This document shows positions 43,001 through 50,971 of a DNA stretch of 64,000 nt, one piece after another. The notes under the pieces were generated by a model that was given only the letters and a program-made list of their open reading frames with translations, did not search any database and was not told the DNA's origin. The position numbers and the translations under genes were made by a program. The stretch lies in contig CAWAWS010000004.1 in the NCBI GenBank assembly GCA_963785725.1, positions 96,001 through 160,000 on the forward strand. The letters are read 5' to 3'. Numbering within the stretch: the stretch's first letter is position 1; the number at the start of each line of letters is the position of its first letter. Source of the stretch: an uncultured delta proteobacterium. Lineage in GTDB: Bacteria > Myxococcota_A > Polyangia > Palsa-1104.

Positions 43001-45296
43001 CTTGCCCGTCGGCTTTGTAGAGCCGCTCGAGCGCGCGCAGGACGTCGAGATCGCGCGGCTCGGCCGTCGCCAACGCCTCGTAGCGCACGATCGCTTGTGT
43101 GCGATCGTCGATGCGCTCGAAGAGCGAGGCCGCTTCCATGCGCAACGCCCGCGCGTCGTCGGGCGACGTCGCCTCTTGCGCCGTCGCGCGTTCGTCGAGC
43201 AGCGGCGCCAAGTCGCGCCACTGCGCGTGCACCCGGAACAGCTGCTCGAGCGCGGCGCGCGCGTCCTGATCGGTCGCGTCCTTCGCCAGCGCCGCGCGGT
43301 AGGCCGTCGCCGCCGCGTTGGCGTCGCCGAGGCGCGTCTCCAAGACTTCGGCTTGCAGCACGAACTGGCCGGCCGCACCGAGCGCCGCCGCCAGCTCCTG
43401 CCAACGCTCGAGCCGACGCAAGAGCTGCAGCCGAAGCTCGGCGGCGTCGGCCAGGTTGGGCTCGAGGTTCAAGGCTTCGTCGAGCGCCGTCAGGGCATAT
43501 TCGGCGGCGTTGAGCTTGTCGCCGTAGAGCCGCGCCAGCCGCAGCCACGTCTGCGCGCGCTCGTCGTCGGGCAGCGTCGGCACGACTTCGGTCAGCTCGC
43601 TGAGCAGCTCGTTCCACATGCCGGTCGCTGCCGCCAGCCGCTCGAGGTCGTCCCACGCCGAAGCGCGCGGATGCTCCTTATATGCGGCGATGCGCGCCGT
43701 GAACGCGCGCGACAGATCGCCGACGCCGGCCTCGAAGATGCGACCGACGTCCTCGAGCAGCTCGGCGCGACGCGCGGCTTCGCCCTCGACGCCGACACGG
43801 CCGAGCTGCAGATCGACGAGCCGCTCCCAATCGGCCAGCTCGCGCAGCTTCACGGTCAGCTGGTCGAGCCGCTCGATGCCGTCTTGGCGCGTCGGATCCT
43901 CGGCCAAGAGCAGGAGCCAGCCTTCGAAGTCGTCGTCGTCGGGCAGCGCCGGTCCGCCGTTGCCGACGGTGGCCTTGAGCGCGCGCGCCAACGCCACCAC
44001 GTCCTCGGCCTCGAGCACGCGAATGCGATAGGCCGCGTACAGCTCCTCGCGCTCGATGGCGCCGAGGCCGGGAATGACCGCGTAATGCTCGGCGTCGCCG
44101 GCGCGCGCGCCCGACAAGACGCGCTCGAGGAGTATACCTAGATCGGGATCTTGGCCTTCGAAGCCGACGAACAGGAACGAGCGCGAACGATAGAGATCGT
44201 GCGCCACCGAGCGATAACCGCCGTCGGCGAGCGCCGCTTGCACGTCCTCGGCCGAGAACACGACCGTCTCGGCGCGCGCCGGATCGCCGAGCGCCTTGAA
44301 GATGAAGCGCGCTTTGCCGTCGGCCGCGAGCGCGACGTGATCGTGCGGCGTGTAGATGCGCGGCACCTGCCCGTCACGCGTGAAGGCACGCTCGAAGGCG
44401 TCGTCCCACGTCGTCGTCACGACGGCGCGGAACGGCAGCTCGCCGAGCAGACGCACGGCGTCCGACAGCTCGGCCGTCGGCGTCGACGCGCGCTGCAATT
44501 CGCCGGCGAAGCGCTCGCCCAAGCGGCGACGCACGAAGCCGGCGGCGGCGAGCGGCCGGCGATCGAGGACGCGGCGCGCCTCGGAGGCGTCGCCTTCGGG
44601 CAGCGCGGCCAGCACTTTATCGACGGTCGCGCGATAGGTTCGGATTTCGCCGCTGCCGAGGCGCGCTCCGGCGCACAAGACGGCGCGACCGTTGCGCAGC
44701 CGCTCGGCCAGCGCGACCAGCTCGGGCGCGATGGCGACGGGCGCCTCTTCGTCGTCGCCGGCGTCGTCGGCGGTCATGTCGATGACGAGGCCGGACGCGG
44801 GCGCGGCTGGTCCATCGCCGATGACTTCGGGCTCGTCGTCGACGGCGCCGGCCGCTTGCGCGGGGACGTCGGCGATGACTTCGGGCTCGCTGTCGACGAC
44901 CGCGGCCGGCGCCGGCGAATCGTCGACGACATCGGTCTCACCGACGGCCGCGACGGCCGGCGCATCGGCGATGACCTCGGGCGCGTGGTCGACAGCCGCT
45001 GCCGTCGCCGGCGCGTCGTCGATGACGTCGGGCGCCGCGTCGACGGGCGCTTCCGGCGCGGTCGTCGTCACCGTCGCCGCGTTCGTCACGACCGGCGCCG
45101 CCTGGTGGCGATTCTCCCGCTTCTGCCGCTTGCGATCCTTGCGACTGCCTTTCGGCGCCTCGGCCGTCGCATGGGGTTGCAGCGCCGTCGCTGGTGCCGA
45201 AGCTGCGGGCGCGTTGCCGCTCGCATTCGGGGTTGGCGTGGTGAGGTCTTTCGCGTCGCCCGAGCCATCAGCGGTGGTGCCGTCAACCATGTGCAC
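40011..45296 (-). CDS. 1761-aa protein: acidic repeats + SIR2-like domain + long TPR array (AgmK-like C-terminus)
   Basis: AVLCAGARLG, VVTTTWD, FKALGD, SFLFVGFEGQDPD; many TPRs; C-terminal LTALRAGYMLAGDL...RKHLGIL; GGAG RBS. Start 45296 or 45290. Confidence 0.88.
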   Translation of the reverse strand: MHMVDGTTADGSGDAKDLTTPTPNASGNAPAASAPATALQPHATAEAPKGSRKDRKRQKRENRHQAAPVVTNAATVTTTAPEAPVDAAPDVIDDAPATAAAVDHAPEVIADAPAVAAVGETDVVDDSPAPAAVVDSEPEVIADVPAQAAGAVDDEPEVIGDGPAAPASGLVIDMTADDAGDDEEAPVAIAPELVALAERLRNGRAVLCAGARLGSGEIRTYRATVDKVLAALPEGDASEARRVLDRRPLAAAGFVRRRLGERFAGELQRASTPTAELSDAVRLLGELPFRAVVTTTWDDAFERAFTRDGQVPRIYTPHDHVALAADGKARFIFKALGDPARAETVVFSAEDVQAALADGGYRSVAHDLYRSRSFLFVGFEGQDPDLGILLERVLSGARAGDAEHYAVIPGLGAIEREELYAAYRIRVLEAEDVVALARALKATVGNGGPALPDDDDFEGWLLLLAEDPTRQDGIERLDQLTVKLRELADWERLVDLQLGRVGVEGEAARRAELLEDVGRIFEAGVGDLSRAFTARIAAYKEHPRASAWDDLERLAAATGMWNELLSELTEVVPTLPDDERAQTWLRLARLYGDKLNAAEYALTALDEALNLEPNLADAAELRLQLLRRLERWQELAAALGAAGQFVLQAEVLETRLGDANAAATAYRAALAKDATDQDARAALEQLFRVHAQWRDLAPLLDERATAQEATSPDDARALRMEAASLFERIDDRTQAIVRYEALATAEPRDLDVLRALERLYKADGQEQRYIESLGRQADVAEPRERAALYRRMASLYEELPGGADGAEECLEKLLSVDSRSEDALRSLERLYRADKKWDALVDVLRRHAAIVPPPIAGELHAQIGAIYENELRDPARAIEAFLDVETALPNHGETMAALTRLYEKSSEWQKAADVLERRAQIAEVKAEKLEHVFRAGEIYAGKLSDARAAETRFVRALELDPTHVPTMTALVEIYRKHGEFLKAAKLLVEAVPHTTNRLEKTRLYVEAGEIFDGLDDGKKATQLYLDALAVDPEHVEAGERVAELLWKAERYEDLVPVLEMLTRKESESPVLVERLVRLAQSAERLGLDDKIGKAYSRAATLDPKNLPAARGRAQWHWTHGQWPEALLALEAIFHTHVDDLPPSEKVELFQRLAACELQLQHKEAAKAYLSRALELDPTHRPSILLSMELGTAQPESLIDAKKALLLTAPVDEKLRLYTEIGDLWLTKLENRAEAIAAWREGLELQPENHKLLHKCLDVYVEEKSWSRALEMLERLIACEKTTSVRAKYRHAAGLICRDELGRSEDAATHLSAALDDDGSLERSAQALEELYIDRREWKALARFYRKTLKRLGPESPENADGKNEERRRIWTAVGDVCLSQLGERESALAALEVALTFGKATLERHKQIADLYVQAGPDKFDKAILEHQYILRNEKNRVVSYRALKHLYIQTSQRDKSIHLSYALAFLKKGEPDDLEKIARHKAQLPGLLTAKRTISDEMWQRLTHPDEDRYLDALFAIMGPMLAVAQAQPHKALGLVRKEALPLDDARSYAKALKYVATALGVPAPETYVRPEQKEPVTFAYCVDKSQYVPVFVLGAPLVGDKRGEREQVFELGRRVAQLRPERLLRLVLPQAQQLGIVVEAAMALGGDVLDETTDLGKMAAAMKRSLAAAQLEQVAAIGRKLRAGGVRGEAAALAWLQASDLTALRAGYMLAGDLETSARLVAGEPQPGTALPATQRLLDLVWSSVTEDMFAVRKHLGIL

Positions 45297-45412
45297 ACTC
45301 CAGTCCTACGCAGAATTCGCGTAGCACGAGCGTGAGCGACAATTCAATTGTTACGCGTGAATCGACGCGCCACGCAGGTCGAAGTTACCAATTGGAATCA
45401 CTTTATCGCCGA

Positions 45413-45430
45413 TCTCAACAAATGTTGAGA
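45413..45430. promoter_or_regulatory. Perfect palindrome, probable transcription-factor site
   Basis: TCTCAACA-AA-TGTTGAGA in an AT-rich region upstream of the 1761-aa gene. Confidence 0.55.
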
Positions 45431-45475
45431 CGCAACGATGCAAACGGAGTGTTGCGCGCCGGTGACGTGACGCGG

Positions 45476-45904
45476 TCAGTCGCCCGCGTCGATACCGTCG
45501 ACGCCGTAGAGATCGGGCGGAAAGTAATCGCCGTCGATCGTGAACAGCGAGCTGGTGCAGGTGGCGCCGAGATGGACCGACTCGACGTCGGTGCCGAGCA
45601 AGGTCACGCCGCCGTAGGCTTCGAAGTGGACGTCGACGAGCTTATTTCCCGGGAAGCCCGACGGCCACGTCAACGCGCCGTAGACATCGGAGATGTCGCC
45701 CGGCGTATGCGGCAGCGTCACCGAAGCCGGCGGCGTGTTGGTGAAGACGACGACGCGATCGGCCAATTGCGCGTTCTCGTCGAGCTCGATGTCCATGGTG
45801 AGCTGTCCCGGCGTGCACTTCGTCTTCGAGCCGCACGCGACGAAGACGACCGAGGCCAACAGCAGCGACGCAGACGACAAGGCTAAATAGGTTTTGGTAC
45901 GCAT
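45476..45904 (-). CDS. Hypothetical lipoprotein
   Basis: Lipobox FVAC; beta-rich body with two further Cys. Confidence 0.75.
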   Translation of the reverse strand: MRTKTYLALSSASLLLASVVFVACGSKTKCTPGQLTMDIELDENAQLADRVVVFTNTPPASVTLPHTPGDISDVYGALTWPSGFPGNKLVDVHFEAYGGVTLLGTDVESVHLGATCTSSLFTIDGDYFPPDLYGVDGIDAGD

Positions 45905-45968
45905 GCGCCAAGCCTAGCATACCGTCGCGCTCGTTGACCCTATCGCCGCTGACGGCTACAACCGAGTC

Positions 45969-46712
45969 GTGCTCGCCGCCGTCCGCGATATTTATCGGCA
46001 ATCGAAGAAGAAGCGCGACAACTTTTGGACCGAGTGGGTCTCGCGCCCGCCCGCGGCCGTGATCGTCTGGATGCTGCGTCCGACGCCGATCACGCCCAAC
46101 CAGGTGTCGTTCGTCGCCATCGCCGTCGCCGCCGCCGGCTGCGCCGCGCTCATCTTCTGGCCCACTTGGCTCGGCCTCATCGTCGCCGGCCTGACGCTGC
46201 AGCTGGCCTACGTCATCGACTGCGTCGACGGTCAGCTGGCGCGCCTCAAGTCGATGACGTCGCCCGCCGGCGCGCTGCTCGACTTCATGCTCGACGAGGT
46301 CAAGGCGTTCCTGGTCATCGGCTCGTCGGTGACGCGGCTCTACTTGCAGACGCACGATCCGCGCTGGCTGCTGTTCGGCTTGGGCGGCCTCTTCGCCGCC
46401 GCCGTCGGCATCACGCTGACCTCGTTCATGCGCCGCCCCGAATATCTCGAATACACCGGCGCGCCGCCCATCCCGCCGGCGACGGAGCGCGGCGATCACG
46501 CGCCCAAGTCGTTATCGCCTTTGGCCTTGGTAGAAGCGCTCGGTAAATACGTTTTGCATTATCCGAGCTGGTTTCTCTTCGTGTGCGCGTTCAATCGTCT
46601 CGATATCTTCGTCTACGCATATTTGAGCGCGCATATCCTTTATTTGGGACGCTCGAGCCTGATCGTTTTGATCAAGCTGGGACGGCCCGCGCGCAAGAAG
46701 GTGGTGTCATGA
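45969..46712 (+). CDS. CDP-alcohol phosphatidyltransferase family protein
   Basis: ITPNQVS; DCVDGQLAR...GALLDFMLD signature. Confidence 0.9.
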   Translation: MLAAVRDIYRQSKKKRDNFWTEWVSRPPAAVIVWMLRPTPITPNQVSFVAIAVAAAGCAALIFWPTWLGLIVAGLTLQLAYVIDCVDGQLARLKSMTSPAGALLDFMLDEVKAFLVIGSSVTRLYLQTHDPRWLLFGLGGLFAAAVGITLTSFMRRPEYLEYTGAPPIPPATERGDHAPKSLSPLALVEALGKYVLHYPSWFLFVCAFNRLDIFVYAYLSAHILYLGRSSLIVLIKLGRPARKKVVS

Positions 46713-47458
46713 AGGCCATCATCGTCGCCGCCGGAATGGGCCGTCGTCTCGCGCCCTACACCGACGATCGCCCGAAAACGCTGGTCGAGATCAACGGCAA
46801 GTCGATCTTGCAGCGGCAGATCGACGCCTATCGCGCCGCCGGAATCGACGACATCATCATCGTGCGCGGTTATATGAAGGAGCTGATTCAGGTCGAAGGC
46901 GCGCGCTATTTCGATAACGATCAGTTCCGCGAAAACAATATTCTAGTTTCGTTGTTCCATGCCGAATCGGCGATGGATGACGGGTTCCTGTTTTCTTATT
47001 CCGATATCGTATTTCGCCCCGAAGTCGTTCGTACCGCGCTCGATACGCCGGGTGACTATGCGCTCGTGATCGATCGTCGCTGGCACGAGGCTTATGTCGG
47101 CCGCCTGAATCATCCCGTCGAGGAGGGTGAGGTCGCCAAGGTCGTCGGCGATCGCGTGACGCTGGTCGGCAAGAAGACGATGCCGGCCGACGAAGCGACC
47201 GGCGAATTCATCGGCCTGGCGCGCTTTTCGGGCGCGGCCGCCAATCAGATGCGCGCCCGTTATCACGAACGCAAAACCGAATATTTGGATAAGCCTTACG
47301 GCCGCGCGCCGCGATTCCAGGTCGCCTACTTGACCGACCTGTTGAATGATCTAATCGGCAGCGGCGCCATCATGCGGCCGGCCTTCATCGACGGCGGCTG
47401 GCGCGAGATCGACACCGTCGAGGATTTGGAGCGCGCCAAGCCGGTCGTCAGCTGGTGA
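46709..47458 (+). CDS. Nucleotidyltransferase (phosphocholine/sugar-phosphate cytidylyltransferase family)
   Basis: MKAIIVAAGMGRRL...PKTL, YSDIVF, GEFIGL, WREIDTVEDL; ATGA overlap with the upstream gene. Confidence 0.88.
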   Translation: MKAIIVAAGMGRRLAPYTDDRPKTLVEINGKSILQRQIDAYRAAGIDDIIIVRGYMKELIQVEGARYFDNDQFRENNILVSLFHAESAMDDGFLFSYSDIVFRPEVVRTALDTPGDYALVIDRRWHEAYVGRLNHPVEEGEVAKVVGDRVTLVGKKTMPADEATGEFIGLARFSGAAANQMRARYHERKTEYLDKPYGRAPRFQVAYLTDLLNDLIGSGAIMRPAFIDGGWREIDTVEDLERAKPVVSW

Positions 47459-47465
47459 ATCGAAT

Positions 47466-48659
47466 ATGAAAATACTCATTATCGACGCTTTTTCCGAAGC
47501 GCATTTGGAGGCATTCGCGGCGCTCGGTTTGGCCGTCGAATATCAGCCGACGATCGCGGCCGAGGATCTACCGCGCGCCATCGCCGACGCCGGAATCCTG
47601 GTCGCGCGCAGCAAAGAGGTGAAAGCGGCGGCGATCGAAGGCGCGCGGGCGTTGGCGTTGATCGTGCGCGCCGGCGCCGGCGTCAACACCATCGACGTCA
47701 AAGCGGCCTCTGCGCATGGCATCTACGTCGCCAATTGCCCGGGCAAGAACGCGGTCGCCGTCGCGGAATTGACGCTGGCGCTGCTCTTGTCGCTCGATCG
47801 GCGCATCCCCGATCAAGTGCGCGATCTGCGCGCCGGGCAGTGGAACAAGAAGGAATATTCGCAGGCCGATGGGCTGTTCGGGCGCACGCTCGGCATCGTC
47901 GGGATGGGCGCGATCGGCCAAGAAGTGGCGCGGCGGGCGCGCGCGTTCGGCATGCACGTCGTCGCCTGGTCGCGCTCGCTCGACGACACGCGCGCCGCCG
48001 AGCTCGGCGTCGAGCGCGTGCGCACGGTGGCCGAATTGTGCGGCCGCGCCGACGCGGTGACGCTGCACGTGGCGCTGGCGCCGGAGACGCGCGGGCTCAT
48101 CGGCGAGGCGGCGCTCGGGCGCATGAAGACCCGCGCCATGCTCATCAACATGGCGCGCAGCGAGATCGTCGATTCGGCGGCGCTGGCGCGCGCGATCGCC
48201 GAGAAGCAGCTGCGCGTGGCCAGCGACGTCTTCGACGGCGAGCCCAAGGCGGCGACCGGCGCCTTCGCCGACGCGCTCGGCCGCAGCATTTACGGCACGC
48301 ATCACGTGGGCGCGTCGACAAATCAGGCGCAGGCGGCCATCGCCGACGAGACGGTGCGCATCGTGCGCAGCTTCGTCGAGCGCGGCGAGGTGCCGAACTG
48401 CGTGAACCTGGCGACGCGTTCGCCGGCGGCGTTCCAGCTGCTCGTGCGGCACCTCGACCAAGTGGGCGTGCTGGCGGAGGTGTTGGGCGCGATTCGTCGT
48501 CACGACATCAACGTCGAGGAGATGGAGAACACCATTTTCGAGGGCGCCCGGGCGGCGAGCGCGAAGATTCGGCTGGGCGCGCGGCCGCCGGCCGAGCTGC
48601 TCGACGAGATCCGCGAGCGCGCCGCCGTCCTGCACGTCGACGTCGTGGAGCTGCCGTGA
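47466..48659 (+). CDS. serA: D-3-phosphoglycerate dehydrogenase-like 2-hydroxyacid dehydrogenase with ACT domain
   Basis: RAGAGVNTID, PGKNAVAVAE, GIVGMGAIG, INMAR, DVFDGEP, HHVGAST, C-terminal ACT. Confidence 0.8.
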   Translation: MKILIIDAFSEAHLEAFAALGLAVEYQPTIAAEDLPRAIADAGILVARSKEVKAAAIEGARALALIVRAGAGVNTIDVKAASAHGIYVANCPGKNAVAVAELTLALLLSLDRRIPDQVRDLRAGQWNKKEYSQADGLFGRTLGIVGMGAIGQEVARRARAFGMHVVAWSRSLDDTRAAELGVERVRTVAELCGRADAVTLHVALAPETRGLIGEAALGRMKTRAMLINMARSEIVDSAALARAIAEKQLRVASDVFDGEPKAATGAFADALGRSIYGTHHVGASTNQAQAAIADETVRIVRSFVERGEVPNCVNLATRSPAAFQLLVRHLDQVGVLAEVLGAIRRHDINVEEMENTIFEGARAASAKIRLGARPPAELLDEIRERAAVLHVDVVELP

Positions 48660-49258
48660 GCGAGATTGCGGTCACTCCGTCGTCGGATGCGTGGGTTCGC
48701 GCGGCGCTCGCCGACCTTCCGACGCTGCTCATCGATCATGCGCACTGCGAGAAGAAGGCGGCCTCGACGGCGGTGCGCTTCCTCTTCAAGTATCCCGAGT
48801 GGCCACAGCTGGTCTCGGCGATGTCGAAGCTGGCGCGCGAGGAGCTCGTCCATTTCGATCGCGTCTTGCGCGAGCTGGCCGAGCGCGGCGTGCCGTTTCG
48901 CGCGCTCAGCGCGGCCGGTTACGCGGCGGCGCTCTTCACGCACTTTCGCGCCGACGAGCGCGGCCGCCGCGTCGACGAGATGCTCGCTTGCGCGCTCATC
49001 GAGGCGCGCAGCCACGAGCGCTTCGTGCGCCTGCAAGCGGCGCTGGCGGCGCTGCCGCAGACGGCCGAGAACGCGCGCCTGGCGGCGTTTTACGACGATC
49101 TGGCGGAAGCCGAGGCGCGTCATGGCGGGCTCTACGTCGCGCTGGCGGAGGAAGCGGCCGGCGGCGACGTCTCCGCGCGTTTGGCCGAGCTGACCGCTTT
49201 GGAGGCGGAGGCGATCTCGCGCCCGTCGCAGCCGCTGCGCATGCACGCCGGCGGCTGA
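48656..49258 (+). CDS. miaE: tRNA-(ms2io6A) hydroxylase
   Basis: LIDHAHCEKKAA, LAREELVHF, ALIEARSHERF, EARH, RMH. Confidence 0.92.
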   Translation: MSEIAVTPSSDAWVRAALADLPTLLIDHAHCEKKAASTAVRFLFKYPEWPQLVSAMSKLAREELVHFDRVLRELAERGVPFRALSAAGYAAALFTHFRADERGRRVDEMLACALIEARSHERFVRLQAALAALPQTAENARLAAFYDDLAEAEARHGGLYVALAEEAAGGDVSARLAELTALEAEAISRPSQPLRMHAGG

Positions 49259-49316
49259 GTCGCGGCAAACCTGCTGCGCGTGGGATCGGTCGCGGCGGTT
49301 TGAAACGGCGGTCGGG

Positions 49317-49583
49317 TTAGACGGCGCGGCGGGCGGCGCTGGTGAGCACGGCGGCGGCGGTGAGACAGCCGATGCCGAGGGCGGTCGAGCCGGCGTGCGC
49401 GAGCGTGAACGAGCCGCCGAGCAGCGCCAACGCCGCGCACAGCCCGAGCGTCGTCGGCAGCGAGCCGTCCGGGCCTTCGCCGTTGAGATCCAACAGGAAA
49501 CCGGGCGAACGATAGGGCTGAAACAGCTCGTCGGACGCCGGCGGCTCGGCGCGATCGGCCGGAAGCTTGCTTGCGTCGGTCAT
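49317..49583 (-). CDS. Small membrane protein
   Basis: Acidic/Pro-rich N-terminus followed by two hydrophobic helices. Confidence 0.55.
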   Translation of the reverse strand: MTDASKLPADRAEPPASDELFQPYRSPGFLLDLNGEGPDGSLPTTLGLCAALALLGGSFTLAHAGSTALGIGCLTAAAVLTSAARRAV

Positions 49584-49623
49584 GCTGGCAGAACGCCCGC
49601 GCGCGACCGCTTTGTTCCCGCCG

Positions 49624-50127
49624 TCAGCCTTTACCGCAGAAATCGGTCATCGGCGGGGCGCACACGCCGATGGCGCTGGTCTTCATGTTGGCGCAGCAGG
49701 CCAAATCGCTGCGGCACGGCTGGGTCAGGCCGCAGTTGGGCATGCACAAGGTCGTGCCCTCGACGGTGACGCAGCTGGCGCCGAGGTCGAGGCAGGCGGT
49801 GGTATTGGTCGTGACGCACGTGCGGCTGCAGATGCCCATCGTGTCTTTGGCGCCGAGGTGATAGCAGGTGTAGGGCGCGACGCAGTCGGTGCCGCACGGG
49901 TCGCCGAACGTCGGCAGCGGCTGCGCGATGTCGGGACCGCTCGGTGGCGCGGCGTCGGCTGGGCCGCCGTCGCTTTTGCCGACCGACAAGTCGTTGGCGA
50001 CGATGCCGCCGCCGCCGCCGCCGCTGCCGTTACCGCCGTCGTTACCGAAGTGAAAGCGCGAGAAGTCGTCGACGGCGCTGCAGGCCCCGGCCACGACAAT
50101 CAAGGCGAAGGCGAGCAATCGCATCAT
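49624..50127 (-). CDS. Cys-rich lipoprotein
   Basis: GAGG RBS, lipobox AGAC, Gly linker, Cys-rich C-terminal domain. Confidence 0.82.
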   Translation of the reverse strand: MMRLLAFALIVVAGACSAVDDFSRFHFGNDGGNGSGGGGGGIVANDLSVGKSDGGPADAAPPSGPDIAQPLPTFGDPCGTDCVAPYTCYHLGAKDTMGICSRTCVTTNTTACLDLGASCVTVEGTTLCMPNCGLTQPCRSDLACCANMKTSAIGVCAPPMTDFCGKG

Positions 50128-50135
50128 GGACGACC

Positions 50136-50891
50136 TCAAAAGTGGACGGCCAAGCCGCCGTTCGTTGGCAACAGCCGCGCGTGCGCCACCGGGCGACGCG
50201 ACTCCAAGATGAACAGCACGGTGCCGGCGACGACGGCCGCGGCGCCGACGCCGATGAGCACGTCGGTCGACAACGCCAGCGCCTTGCCCGAGCTCTGCTC
50301 ATCCCGCAGGGTTTGGTTGCCGCTGGCACATATTTTATTCGGACATTTGTTGTTCAGGTCGTCGTAGCCCAGCTGCGCGGCGACGCCGGTGCCGATGGCC
50401 GCCAGCAGCAAGCCGACGCCGACGCCACCGACGACGAGGCTGACGACGTGGCGGGTGCGCGACGGCGGCGTCGTCACGAGCGCCGGCCCGCTCGGATTCG
50501 CGACCGGCGGCGGCGCGACCACCGCCTTGCGCTGCTCGGCCGTGCGCCGGTCCTCGAAGTTCTTGATGCGCGACTCGATGACGGCGCGATCGGGCGCGTC
50601 CGGCCGCTCGGTCAGATACTGCCGCAAGGAGGCGATGGCTTCGTCCCAGCGCGACAGCCGCTCGTAGCAGACGCTGATGTTGTAGAGCAGATCGGGCCGC
50701 TGCGAGAGGCGATGCGCCTCGTTGAACTCTTTGACGGCGTCGGTGTAGTTGGCCTGCTCGTAGTAGGCGGAGCCGGCCAGAAAGTGCGCCTTGGCCGCGT
50801 CTTCGTCGGCTTGAGTCGGGAACGTCTGCGCCGCTGCCGTCGCGGCAAAAGCCAAGCTGGCGGCCCATATCGCCGCCAAAAGCAATCGCAT
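50136..50891 (-). CDS. Exported TPR protein with C-terminal hydrophobic hairpin
   Basis: Signal peptide; AKAHFLAGSAYY...PDLLYNISVCYE; two hydrophobic helices around a C-x4-C loop; ends GGLAVHF. Confidence 0.85.
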   Translation of the reverse strand: MRLLLAAIWAASLAFAATAAAQTFPTQADEDAAKAHFLAGSAYYEQANYTDAVKEFNEAHRLSQRPDLLYNISVCYERLSRWDEAIASLRQYLTERPDAPDRAVIESRIKNFEDRRTAEQRKAVVAPPPVANPSGPALVTTPPSRTRHVVSLVVGGVGVGLLLAAIGTGVAAQLGYDDLNNKCPNKICASGNQTLRDEQSSGKALALSTDVLIGVGAAAVVAGTVLFILESRRPVAHARLLPTNGGLAVHF

Positions 50892-50971
50892 AGTGCCGCC
50901 GAGAATAGCACGGCAGCCTGCGCCGTCCGTGCGTTCTTCGCGCCTGGCGAACAATTCGCGATTGTCGGCGG

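Noticed and set aside
40011..45296. Canonical SIR2 defence island (Thoeris, DSR, Avs, SIR2-HerA)
   Set aside because: No TIR, STAND NTPase, HerA or Argonaute partner is visible, catalytic residues are altered, and the neighbours are not defence or mobile genes.
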